From assembly GCA_030141605.1 (NCBI GenBank), contig JAQGDQ010002372.1:372001-436000 (forward strand): a stretch of DNA of 64,000 nt. Reading direction: 5' to 3'. The position numbers and the translations under genes are program-made. The notes below the pieces were generated by a model. It was not told the origin of the DNA. It was given only the letters and a program-made list of their open reading frames with translations, and made no database searches. This DNA comes from Tubiluchus corallicola. Its lineage: Eukaryota > Animalia > Priapulida. Positions 25,401-44,300 of the stretch are shown here, piece after piece; position 1 is the stretch's first letter; each line of letters opens with the position of its first letter.

Positions 25401-28400
25401 AAGAAATAAAACGACACAATGATTATATATTATAAGATGAAAAGGCTTTATTGTAGAGAAAATGCAGAAAAGAAAAACGCAACAAGTATGGCCATTTCAG
25501 TTACTGCTAAGAATATTCTGCTGAATATTTGACTAGATGCAGTTTCCAGTTTAATGCACTACTTGAGTTTAAACAAATTAAGTGAGGTTAGTAATAAAGC
25601 ATTGCTTTATATTTTAGGATAATAAAGTGAATGGCAATACAGAAGCCACACGTCTGTTAGGTTGTAGTTACCTGTACCCGGCTGTGGTTCCTGATCCTCA
25701 CGTCACTACCGTTACACTGCGACATGATGATGAGCTTATCATCATTGCTAACAGTGGAGTCTGGCAGTATGTATCATACGAGGAAGCTGTGGCCGAGATT
25801 AGAGAAATTCAAAACCCGGTTCTTGCAGCTAAAAAGCTTCAGGTAGGAATATACAGTTGCATTTCAATATTTATAGAAATCGGGGAATAACGTAACATTT
25901 ACCTAAATTATGTGTGAAATAAATTCTGTGACACTATGGCATTATTCAAGCATTATTTCTAACGCATATTGTACAACATGATACTCATTGTATGTTTTGC
26001 ATGTTTTTTGTATACCTATCAGGCAAAGATCAATGGTCGCATGAAACCGATGAATGCCAAAGAAAGGGGGAAAGAGGTCAAATAAATTATAGATCTGTCT
26101 GTCAACATGTAGAGAAATGTACTTTTGAATGGCCATTTAAAAACTATTAGATTTTGTAAGGGATAACTGGAAGACTTCATTGGTTCTGGCAAAATGAAAT
26201 CACAACAAACCACAAGCTCAATTCAATGAAAAATTTTACTTTTTACTCCAAATCTTCTAATAAAAGTAATGAGTGCTTGATTGCCTAGTAGAAACTGGTG
26301 TGTTAACTTCAGCAGCCATCACATCTAAAATGTAGAAAGTGGCATATAACATCATATGAATATAATATGTTTTTATGTCATAAGAACACTATAACTATAA
26401 ACCAGCTTACTTTGAAAACTTCATTCATTACTATCACTATTTCAGGATATTGCACAGAGTTATGGATCAAAAGAAAATCTGAGTGTGATGGTAATTCGAC
26501 TCAATCTCAGTTTGTCTGTAACTCAGCGCCTTGTGCGCAAATATCACCAGAGAGGCTGTCATCTCAGTTATTCCACAGTTAATGGATCAAGATCAAGTTG
26601 TAATAGGTAAATGATGTCTTTACCACAGATGTATGGCAGATTTCAAGTTAAGAACATTCACTGTAATAGTTTACCAATGTGTTCTCACGAAAGTTATGCT
26701 AGAATAATTGCAGTACTTGTACTTAACTGGATAACCAGTTAATTATAGTTCTTAAATATTAGAAAAATTGAAAAAGACTTTAAATTTCGCAAACTAGTAG
26801 TATGTATATAATATATATATATATATATGTTAATGAATGATGATTGATTGCTCCTGTTTTTACAATATATCACTAATTTCTTTCAGCATAGTCTCAGTGA
26901 AGTCTAATGTTTCTCATGGGCATCACGGACATAACCAACGAAGATCCGATCAATCTCCTCGAACTAGGTGTGGAAGCGATCACGTTGTACATAGGCCTCC
27001 ATCTCGTATGAATGGTTATGGAGGCCATGGCTTTACAGAAAGTGAACCCAGAATACCTACCAAGGTAACATGTACTGCTTATTGAAGGAAAGGACAAATC
27101 ACCTAGCATGTTGGTTTTTTTTACTGGTATCAGTGAAACTTAGAAATATCCAATGAAATTTCCAAAAAAGTTTTAATGAAATACAAAATTAATTTATACT
27201 GCCACAGTAATGATATTTTTGGGTGCAGTGGTAGCTGCCATTCAGTTGAAATTTTCTTACTTTTGACGGAAATTGATGATGCGCTGCTTTTCTTCAGATG
27301 ATGAATGACGTGATTAGTGGAAGAAGGGGCGTTCAAAATGAAAGTGCCAACGCTTGAAACGATCGCGACTTTAAAGAGATTTTACTCTGTAACTCTGTTA
27401 CACATGAAGCTTATCGTACTTTTATTACTACATCCTTCTAACATTTTTCGTGAAAGTTGAAATAAGGTTAACTTCCCAGGAAGCTTGACCATTCCTTTAA
27501 AAATAAGTTTCCAGTCTTGGTATTTGACTATTAAGTCAGTCACTGTTTGTTTATGTCATATAACAGATCTGAATTACTTTCCTGTCTTCAGGAATATGGA
27601 TAATGTTTTCAGACAAAAGTATATGGTAGTGTTAATTTAGGATAAATTTCATTGCCATCATCGTGCAGTCATCATTATTTTTTGCAAATGAGATTATATC
27701 TGTTTCACCAGAACTTAATATTTTATCTTAGGCATTCTATGAATCTGAAGAGATGAGGATCAAATCAAATGATGACTTTGCTGAAAATGGAATTTCATAT
27801 CGGCGTATTTGCCATGATACTGTGGACGACGAAATTGCTGTAATACCAAGTCAATTGTCTTCACATTCGCTCACAAGAAAAAGTCAAAAGTTGAAAAATC
27901 AAGAAGGTATAAGATGTGTACGGAATAGAATTCTCATCACATGACAGAATTATGAAATTATCGATTGCCTAATTCAAGCTTCCTGGCACCCTAAGGAATG
28001 ATCTATGTTTTGATTTTAGTGTTCCTCTAAAATTCCTCTATGTTCCCCTGCAAGAATTTACTGAATTAGCATGTTATGTAATCCTTAGATGGACTTAGAA
28101 AACATAGCCAGGATATATATTTTTGGTACTTCAGTAGGCACCGCTTAATAGACTCACTTTGGGACCGAAGTGTTTTGACCCAATTAACGTACTGAACATA
28201 TTAACCGATGTGTGTAGTATTACAGGTATAGAAGTATGAGTCATCTGCTTACTATGCACTGCAAAGGTTTTTAATGAATTTAGAAATGAAATAATGCCTA
28301 AATTCCTTTGTGCAGTTAAAAATTAGAAAAAATATTTTTAAAATATTAATTTTTATAAGTGAATTAGCAATATATTAAAAAGTAATCTTTTTGAAATCAC

Positions 28401-29546
28401 ACAAGTCTGCTCATTTGCAAAAATTACAAAAATTCCTTCAAAGTCGGCTACTTCATTTTCTCGCGAAGAAGTTGGCCCACAAAGTTCTTGTAATTATAAA
28501 AACGTTGACAATTTGTTGTTGTGTGTGACTAAAACAGTTCTGAATCGTCTACTCACTTACATTGCCCATATTTGCTGCACGACGTTTACGTAAGTCACAA
28601 GGAATATCAGCTGATTACTGCACCTGCATCTTTGACTGTTAACTCATTAAGCCTGAAAGCGTGATTTGCAACGAGAGCATCAAAAGGAAAACGCTGGGCA
28701 AGTGCATAAATGTTTAGCTTCCAGAAATTCGAGGTTAGCGTAGCGTAATAGTGCATGATAATCGTACCTGCTTATAAACAAAACGGTACTTAACATGATT
28801 GTTTCTGCATACATAGTGCACAAAACGGAAGTAACGGTGGCATAAAAGTAGGAAAGGCTCTTTTGGCACCTACAAATATCTTATTTTAAGTAGGTGAAGG
28901 AAAAATATTGAATCAATTATACGAACTTATTTGAGTCAGTTACCGATAGTTTTTACGTATATTTGAATTGAAGCGCCCGTTCCAACCGTTTTTGAGTCAA
29001 TTAAGTGATTGACTCTATTAACCGTGAGTCTATTAAGCGGCGCCTACTGTATAAAAATTTATTGCAAAGTACTTGTAACGCCATCTACTGATCAAAGGCT
29101 CAAAGCTGATAATGCTTACTTATAAATTGGCTGCTCAGCTAAGTCAATAGTCACTGTATGCCCTAAATGTGTTGTAATAATCTAATATTATAGTAATCCT
29201 AGAATCAGTGGCAATGTTAATCAAACTTACAGTAGAACTTGTTTTATTAATAGGTATGCTTTCAGCTAGTCAGACTGAATCACAGAGAGATGAGCAACTG
29301 TCTGAATCACACAGCAGCAACACCACAATTGGCAAATACAATTCTTGGGACTTTCTTCCAGAAGATCAGCAGAACAGCTCAAAGCAGATGCTGGCACGAC
29401 CTATCACACCTGCAGAGAAACAAGCTTTGATGCGTAACACAAAGATCTCTAATTCAAACCAGCTGCTCAATGGAGAGTATGAAAATGAATCAGTGCATCC
29501 AAAATCTGTCGTCACAACTGTAAGCTTTACTGACACAAGATTGTAG
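16469..29546 (+). CDS. PHLPP: PH domain leucine-rich repeat protein phosphatase-like, 5'-partial (LRRs + PP2C-like domain + PDZ-binding tail), 17 exons, about 943 aa in window
   Basis: Exons, all AG/GT flanked and phase-consistent: 16469-16607, 17250-17330, 17433-17652, 18472-18532, 18916-19011, 21271-21429, 22180-22377, 22488-22650, 22812-22942, 23095-23223, 23412-23603, 24608-24839, 25618-25842, 26446-26606, 26887-27064, 27732-27906, 29254-29546. LRRs (LHLHNNHLSSLP, LNVSGNKLQYLP) are followed by WSVGFSETSGSRNKLC, LFGMFDGGRN, LANVG, TRLLGCSYLYPAVVPDPHV, AAKKLQDIAQSYGSKEN, and the protein ends FTDTRL*. Exons after 26606 encode low-conservation sequence and are less certain. Confidence 0.93.
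19144..19970. mobile_element. Second, diverged copy of the pogo/Tigger-like MITE family
   Basis: Starts TA|CAGTAGGCGCATCTTGATAGACTCACTTTG and is collinear with 28132-29049 (shared tatagaa.tatgagtcatc, cttccagaaat, gtacctgctta.aaacaaa, tcttattttaa, tattga.tca.ttat). The right TIR is eroded. Confidence 0.82.
20060..21255 (+). mobile_element. 5'-truncated, frameshifted LINE (L2/CR1/Crack-group) remnant in a PHLPP intron
   Basis: Translates to WFKANKLSLNIEKSKFIVF, KFLGIIIDEHL, LLYNSLF..YLN..NIIWGSTY, HNYGTR, FSIKYNGPCIWNSI, typical of the RT C-terminal region. It ends in aaataaa plus a (TGAAT)n tail at 21229-21255. Confidence 0.88.
24238..24316. mobile_element. Tiny degenerate pogo-like MITE
   Basis: Imperfect inverted ends CAGTTGACCTCGGCTATAACGAG ... 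CTCGTTATTAACGGTTTATACTG|TA; CpG-rich relative to the flanks. Confidence 0.5.
28132..29049. mobile_element. Non-autonomous TIR element (pogo/Tigger-like MITE), 918 bp
   Basis: 26-bp TIRs CAGTAGGCaCCGCTTAATAGACTCAC and GTGAGTCTATTAAGCGGcGCCTACTG with one mismatch, and TA on the right flank. No ORF. A second copy lies at 19144. Confidence 0.88.
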
Positions 29547-30632
29547 TAACACGAATATGTGTTTGATCATTTGATCAAAAGACTCGAATAGGAAATGAAT
29601 TTAGAGTACAGATATATGTTAGAACACATTCATCTGTTCTGATATGCATATAAAGTTGTCTTGTTTTATATGTATGAAAAGTAATGTTGTAGAACATCTT
29701 TTTTGGGATGTATTGGAGTTTGAGGTATATGAAGGCTACTAAAAATAAGGTGATTATATTATTATACTGTTGTGTTTTACTCTTCTGAATCTGAAGTTTC
29801 TCAAGTTTGTTATCAATTAATTGTAAGAATCTATAATCTATAACTATAATTGCTGTTCAGGATGATTTAGTGTGCTCATCGAGTTTGTCTATAGATTATG
29901 CTGTAATAGAAATAGTTGATTTTTGAATGTTTTTCTTACCACTGTACGAAGTAAAAATTGTATTATATTTTTCTAGACATTATCTTTCTATAATTCTTAA
30001 TTGTGCATATATGTGTACATTCTTACCATGGGCTGAACATAGGTATTTTGGTGATGAGAACTTCAAGTTTTATAAGTATGTATATTACTTATTTCTGTAG
30101 AATATTTGCAACTGTAAATATTACATGGTAATGATGTTTCTTGAAGTTTTTCTTTGGTCATATTAAAATATAATAGTGAAATATATGATGATTGTATAAT
30201 TTTAAGTAATTATTCCAATGCAAAATAATGATAGTATGACATCTTCTTGTTTACATACTTATATGCACAGCCTTTGTAGCTGCTGTGAGTTAGTTGTATA
30301 TTATGCTGCTGGAGAACTTGATAGCTTTGGCTGTGAAAGAAATTTAGAGGAATATTTAATTGTGTGTTTTGTGAGAACAATTTCTTATTAATTTTTTACT
30401 GTTTTATTATTTCAGTGGTTTGTTTATTTGTTTTGTATTGCTACTTTTCGTCAGTTTTGTAAGTTTTTTGTTGGTGAAGGCAATTTATGTTGTATATAAT
30501 GATATTATAAGTTTTATACATAGTTTTGTAATAATTATTTTTATAAAATGTGAAGTCATAAATTCTGGTGATGGTATTAGGAATTATTATAGTAGGTAAA
30601 GATGTGATAATTGAAGCAATTATATTATTTTT

Positions 30633-30638
30633 AATAAA
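30633..30638 (+). terminator. Candidate polyadenylation signal of PHLPP
   Basis: AATAAA about 1.1 kb after the stop, at the end of a T-rich 3'UTR-like tract, followed by GT-rich sequence (tctgtttgtgg). Confidence 0.55.
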
Positions 30639-31229
30639 GTTTAACTATCCAGAAGTGGTTTATCAATCTGTTTGTGGAAATACTTATTTGCTATTACATA
30701 TTAAATATTACATAATTATAATATAATTTTAACTTAACTAATTTTAACTTACAATAATCTCCTACGCAGTTTGCAAAAAAAATCGGCAAAATAGTTTTGA
30801 AACAGTTATCTACCTTTACATCAAAATGTTTTTTAAAACAATGTGACATCTTACAAAAATGATGCTTGTGTTATATAGCATAAGCATCATTTTTGTAATA
30901 ATTATGTCAAATTTTGATAACACAAATAAGCACTTCCTGGCTAAACCAAAATCACTCGTCTTGTTTAACATTGGCTTGTTTATGGGAATAAAAAGGAGTG
31001 AACTTTTACAGCATTTTAGCGAGAACTAGCTTTACATGGTTTTAGCTGCTTTTTCTGGTTAGATACGTAAATACATACAAGCCCAGAAACGTCATGCCAG
31101 ATGATATCATTAAGCTTACTGCCTCAAATTAGTGTCTGGTATCCATGCATGTATAATATATGTACAGTTTAATTTTAATGCTTTAATGTTTCACAGTGTT
31201 TTGAACTGATGGGTTTCAGTGTTTTATCT

Positions 31230-38443
<7,214 letters not shown>

Positions 38444-41311
38444 TGTTTAATATGAATAAGTTTGTCTATTTATCTGTAATTGTTTGCTTGTCCTTGTTTT
38501 ATAAATTTGAAAACTCTTGGCAGTCATTCAGATGCCAATTACAAAAAACTCTATTATCTGTTGGATTTTTTCCTGGGCCTCATGAAAAATAACTTAGCAA
38601 TTGGTGAAAAATGGCTAAACTTCAATTTAACTCTGAAATTACAGCCTTTACAAACATTATTATTATCACTAACTGTACAAGAGTCACATTTTCTTGTAAA
38701 AAATGCAAAATAGCTGAAAAAACTGGATTATCTTTTATATTTTATCACTGCAACTTTATGATGTTCTAAAAATGATGAAATAGTGGTTACATTACACTAC
38801 ACAACTGTCTGAACTTTTCTTCATTGCACGACAGTATAATCATTTTCAAAAATGAAAAAATCAGTTTATAAACTAGCATTGTTTCACTTTTTCCTAATTC
38901 TGAGTCTCTGACCTTTTAATATTCTAAATCTGTTCATTCTACAAACAAGTATCACTTCTCTAACAAAAGAACGAGCACTTGTAGCCTGCTAATTGAATCA
39001 GTATTAACAATTATATAATCAAGTGATCATTAAAAACATCCAAAGAGTTTATGATCCTTACGTTTATTCTTCCGAATTATTATATTTTTATACAATTCTA
39101 GCAGCACAGTGCTCTACTACAGTCACTACCATAAGTTCAAAACCACCAGTCTACAGCGTTTGTGATCTTTGCGAACTATTGCATCATCTGTTGTTATATA
39201 ATATAACAGATAATAGCTCCTGTTGTTATATTAGTTATTCTCCTCACACGATTTGACTTTGTTACAATTGTCACTATCTTTTAAATAATACGATATCTTG
39301 TGATTTTTTCTAACATTAGTGCACAATTTGAAAATGTTCAAAATATCACTATCAACACACAAAGGGTCTAAAATATATTGTAAAAAAGAGGAATGTTATC
39401 ATTCTCTAAAAGTGAAATTTGGTGCAAAGTTAGACTTTAGGTTCTTGGCATGTTTGTAACAAAGGATTTTTCACCCAGTTTTTGATGTGCACAAACTTCA
39501 CACAGAATGGTAGCTTTTGAAATCATAGCAAAAAATGCTTAGTGAGCCAAAATTGTGTAGCCGATGTCGTGACACAATAACCATAGACTAGTTAGTCATT
39601 CAACAGTGGCTAATGTAATACTTCGCAGAGATTCAAAATGTGATATTCAGGCAGGGTAGTATGCCTGATGGTGGTGACCCCATTTCAAGAGGATGTCATG
39701 TACTGTGGTCCTGATTATACAGTAAGATGGACATTAAGTTATATACAATTAAAACAGTATTAGAAATAATTTAAATCACGGTTTTTACAATTAACGATAA
39801 CTATTACTTCTCTCAAAAATAGTAGCTATGTAACACAACAAAATGATACATAGAAAAATTAGATCCTCTGGAATGGCCTACAGAGTTTAAATTTGTCAAC
39901 GTTATTTTGCACTCATCAGTATTTAAAAATATGAGAAATTTAACATGATCCACTAATAATAATAGTTACAAGAAGGAAAACAGCACTAAAATTAGCTTTA
40001 CAAATTTATCACAGTAATATTTTTTAATGTGGAACAAAGTGCATTTAACTTGCCTTTTTAATCTACACTTAGTACAGTTTGCCCTAAAAACAAAAGGTTT
40101 GATTATGGTGCACCAAACATCAATAAATGAAAATTTGCCTATTTCAAGGTGTCATTTAATTTAGTGTTATAAATTGAGACACTAAACTGTGTGAAACTAT
40201 CAGTCAGTACCGTTACCGTAAAATTTTGTGACTAGTTGTACCACAGGTGATTGGTACAAAAAACTGCACATCAATGTACTGAAGTTACCCTAGCTTCCTA
40301 GACAACCATTTCACAATTATTAAAATTAAGTAGGCTAACTCAAGCTCTGTCACTTATAAATATGGTAATGACGCCAACTTGGCATAATTAAGACATGGCA
40401 TTACAAACATTACAAATACAGTTAAACTCATTAGCCAAAGCTAATATGAACTGATAATACACAGCATAATCATGAATAATTATATGCTAACAAATAAAAA
40501 AATACTGAAGTAAAATGTGCGCATATTTATACCAAAATTGTACCATATATTAACAGTAAAACCATTTAAAGTGAGCTATTATGTAAAACTACATAAAGCA
40601 ATCAAGTGTGACGAATTACAGTTTGTAATACCTTCATAAATCTTACAAGCAGACATTTGAACTTTGTAATGACACAAAATATAAGCATACATGCAAGAAA
40701 ATATTAGCATACTGTATATTGTAAACAAATATATTAATACAAAATCGGAATAATGAATTAACTAATTAAACATAAACAAGCTGGTATTGAAAACAAAACA
40801 ACAAGCAATCATGACATGCGTAGCTAATCTAAAAAGCTCCTGATTTTTGCAAACCAAAAATTTAATAAGTGAACACTGTTAGATTAGATATAACCTGCTG
40901 AGGTAGCACCATCTCACCGGTTTTTTCAAAAACATTTAAAAATTATCAAGAGATCATAGGGAATCAAGTTTTTAATTGATATGATGTTAGAAGAAAAAAC
41001 TGTCTTGCCTATATAGTAAAATAAGGACAAAAATATGACTAGGCTACAATTGGTATTATCTTCTTATTATCCAACAAATGTATTTTATACAGTGATAAAC
41101 TATTTTTCTATGGATCCAAGAAAATGTCATAATTAATCAAATGCAAGATCTACACAACATATATCATGAATGCAATTAAACAATTTTTCAAATTAGAGAG
41201 TAAATCTTACTATTTTACTATAAATGTATGAAAATTAATAATAAAAAGATTACCTGCAAAACTAAACATTATGAACAGTGCATTTCAGATCAATAAAATT
41301 TCATAACACTA

Positions 41312-44300
41312 CTACAATTTTTCATTTTCATCTTTTCTGTCTTTTAGCTGTGCATTGTTAAGTATATAATAAAGCCCTTGTGTTGCAAGTAAATCAGCAT
41401 GTTGGCCCTCCTCCGCTACCTTTCCATGATTTATAACTGCTATTTTATCAGAGTGATAAATCGTTGAAAGCCGGTGTGCAATGGTGACAGATGTACGTCC
41501 CTTTTGTGCATTATCGAGAGCATCTTGCACCACCTAAAAAATGTTGAAATTTAAAATTTCCTTGTCTGCATATTTTTCTGGTTACCTAGTTCATAACTAG
41601 ACTACCGCTAAATAACAGTTTATGAACAAAAAGTTGTAGCTTGTACCAAGTGTACTTGCAAGATAACACAAGAGCTGCTTGACTTGCAAATGAAGAAGTG
41701 GTAAACTTGCTTTACGTTGTACCATGTGTACCTGCAAGGTAACATAACAGTAGTGGCAAATAGATGGATAACAGGTGGAAAATTGTTTCTAGACAGTTTG
41801 CCCATGTTATTGTGATAACGATTATTTAACTAGTTGAGTTCCTAAGGAAAATTTATTTAACTAGTTGAAGTCCTGAGGAAAATATGTGTAACCCAAATGT
41901 GACTAAATCAGTTCTGTGGATTCAGTGTTAGATTAGAAGATTAAATCGAAGTGGAGGAAATGGTGGGACAGGCTTGTATTCTCCCTCACCATGAAGCCAT
42001 GAATGCATCTATCAAGGCTGTCATTAAGGATTTTTAAATTCGATTTCTGCTCGTACAGCAGCAAAAATCTGGCTCCTTTAAGCTTTTTTTTAAAAGAAAC
42101 CGGCATAATTTATTGTTCAATTTCAAGGAAAATTAACATTTATAATTTAATTGTAATTCTGCACATGACCCTAATTACGTAGTAGTAAGGAACATTATGT
42201 TCTTAGAAAATTCTCTAGTGTTATCTCATAATTCGTGAAACCATTTCTTGTAACTCCTTTATATAACTTCTCAATTCACAATTAACTTTACCATAATTAT
42301 TATTCAAATACGTTGCTTTCACGACAACTTTCTAAGATACAGTGTTATTTTTTTGCAAAGTATGAAGTGTCATGTAGTCCAACAGATCGTAAGACAATCA
42401 TTTACTGTCGAATCATAACTTTCTGTTTAATATCAGCGCTGCAAAAAAACTTACCCGTTCACTTTCTGTATCCAAAGCTGATGTTGCTTCGTCTAATAAT
42501 AATATTCTGGGATTACGAATCAGTGCTCTAGCAATGGCAATTCGCTGTTTTTGTCCACCGCTCAACTGGGTACCTTTTTCTCCAACATTTGTTGCATATC
42601 CCTAGTAAAGATAGTTTTGGAATTAAGGATATTTAACATACAAGTCCTAGAAAATGCATAACTATTATAATGTGTTTAATACAATACTGGATGTCACAAA
42701 AGGGACACAAATGTACATTAGTTATGACACAAACCAGCCGCAATAATGTTTTGAAAACCAGATATAAATGCCTAAAAATTGACAGCAGTACACCACTTGA
42801 AAATTCTGTCTGCAACTGAACATTCTAAGCAATTTTGTGGTGATTAATATCATAAAAGTTTAAATATTGTGACATTATCCCTCCATACATTCATGCTTTT
42901 GCAAACTAAGTCTCCAACTTCATCTTAATCTCACACTCTCCCAGACATCAAGGTTTTGACAAAATGGTTTGCCATGGCAAATCTACTGCTTGTAATGTCA
43001 GAGTGAAAAGCAATGCTGAAAAACACCTGCTTAACGATCCTGACTACACTTTAAACTCAAATAAATATACCAGTCTGTTTTCAGGTAATGTTTGAGAAAA
43101 CAAACTCGGAAAACGAACTTTCAGCTTCATGCAGATGCCTCAGCATTAACATAAATAAATCATTCATTCAACATTTTGAACAACTACTTTTGCAGCATCT
43201 AAATGTATTATCATCCATTTTCTTCAGTATCTACACATATCTACATCTACTTTGTGTAACATCTTCTTTGATAAGAGAAATTAAAATCTTCCTTGAAATG
43301 CATGCCAAAGCTGAGGTTATGTTAAATATATAAGCAAAAGTACGCTGAATTGTTACAGCTCAGATGGCCACTTCTTTCCATGAACAATTATAAGCTATTG
43401 TTAAATAAAATTGTTTATAAAAATATTTATATTATTTTTTATTTTTGCAAATACCTATAAAAAATTATCAGACAATTATCAATTTAGTATTATATGTACT
43501 ATTATAGCTGACAAAAATTTAAGTTTGTCATAGTTATCTTTTCTAGGAAAAATATGTCAGTGGGAGTAATAGTACTAGTGCTTATTTAGCCTTAATATTT
43601 TTTACTTATAGGTTAAGTGACCTGACAAATACCTAGCAAGCAGAACCATAAAATATGGATGTCGGTAATTAGTTTGGCAATTTTTCCCTTTCAATAACTA
43701 TATCAGCATTTATTGTCTATTGCTGGTCTTTTATTGGTTTTTTAAATGCTAAATGCTGTAAGTATCTACTAGACCACTTTGCTGCTAGATGGTGCCACAT
43801 TTTTGTTAGCTGCGTGCCATCGCGTCCTCCAGACGGCAGTGTCAAGAAAAAATATTCCAATTTTAATTATTAACACTTACTTAGGACACTATTATAAATT
43901 TTTGATGCTTTTTGTTTTGTATATTGTCATTAGTTTTAAAAAATTTCATTCATTTCGTTCAAGTGTCATTGAAAATGACTAAAATTTCGTTCGTTCCATT
44001 CGAATAGCTATTGAATAGCAGTGGTTGGTACCATGTACCAAACACAGCATTCACTAATCACACTGAACTGTAAACAATGAATACAGGAACTTCTGAAGGA
44101 ACATAGGCAATGATAATATTTTTAATACAGCATCACAATATAGCAAAAATACCTCAGGTAGGGACTGAATAAATGTATGAATATTAGCACTTCTGGCTGC
44201 GGCTATTATTTCATCCATGAGAACATTTCGCTCGTTATCTCCATAGCTAATGTTCTCCGCAATCGTAGCATCAAACAAAACTGGTTCTTGGCTGACAATG

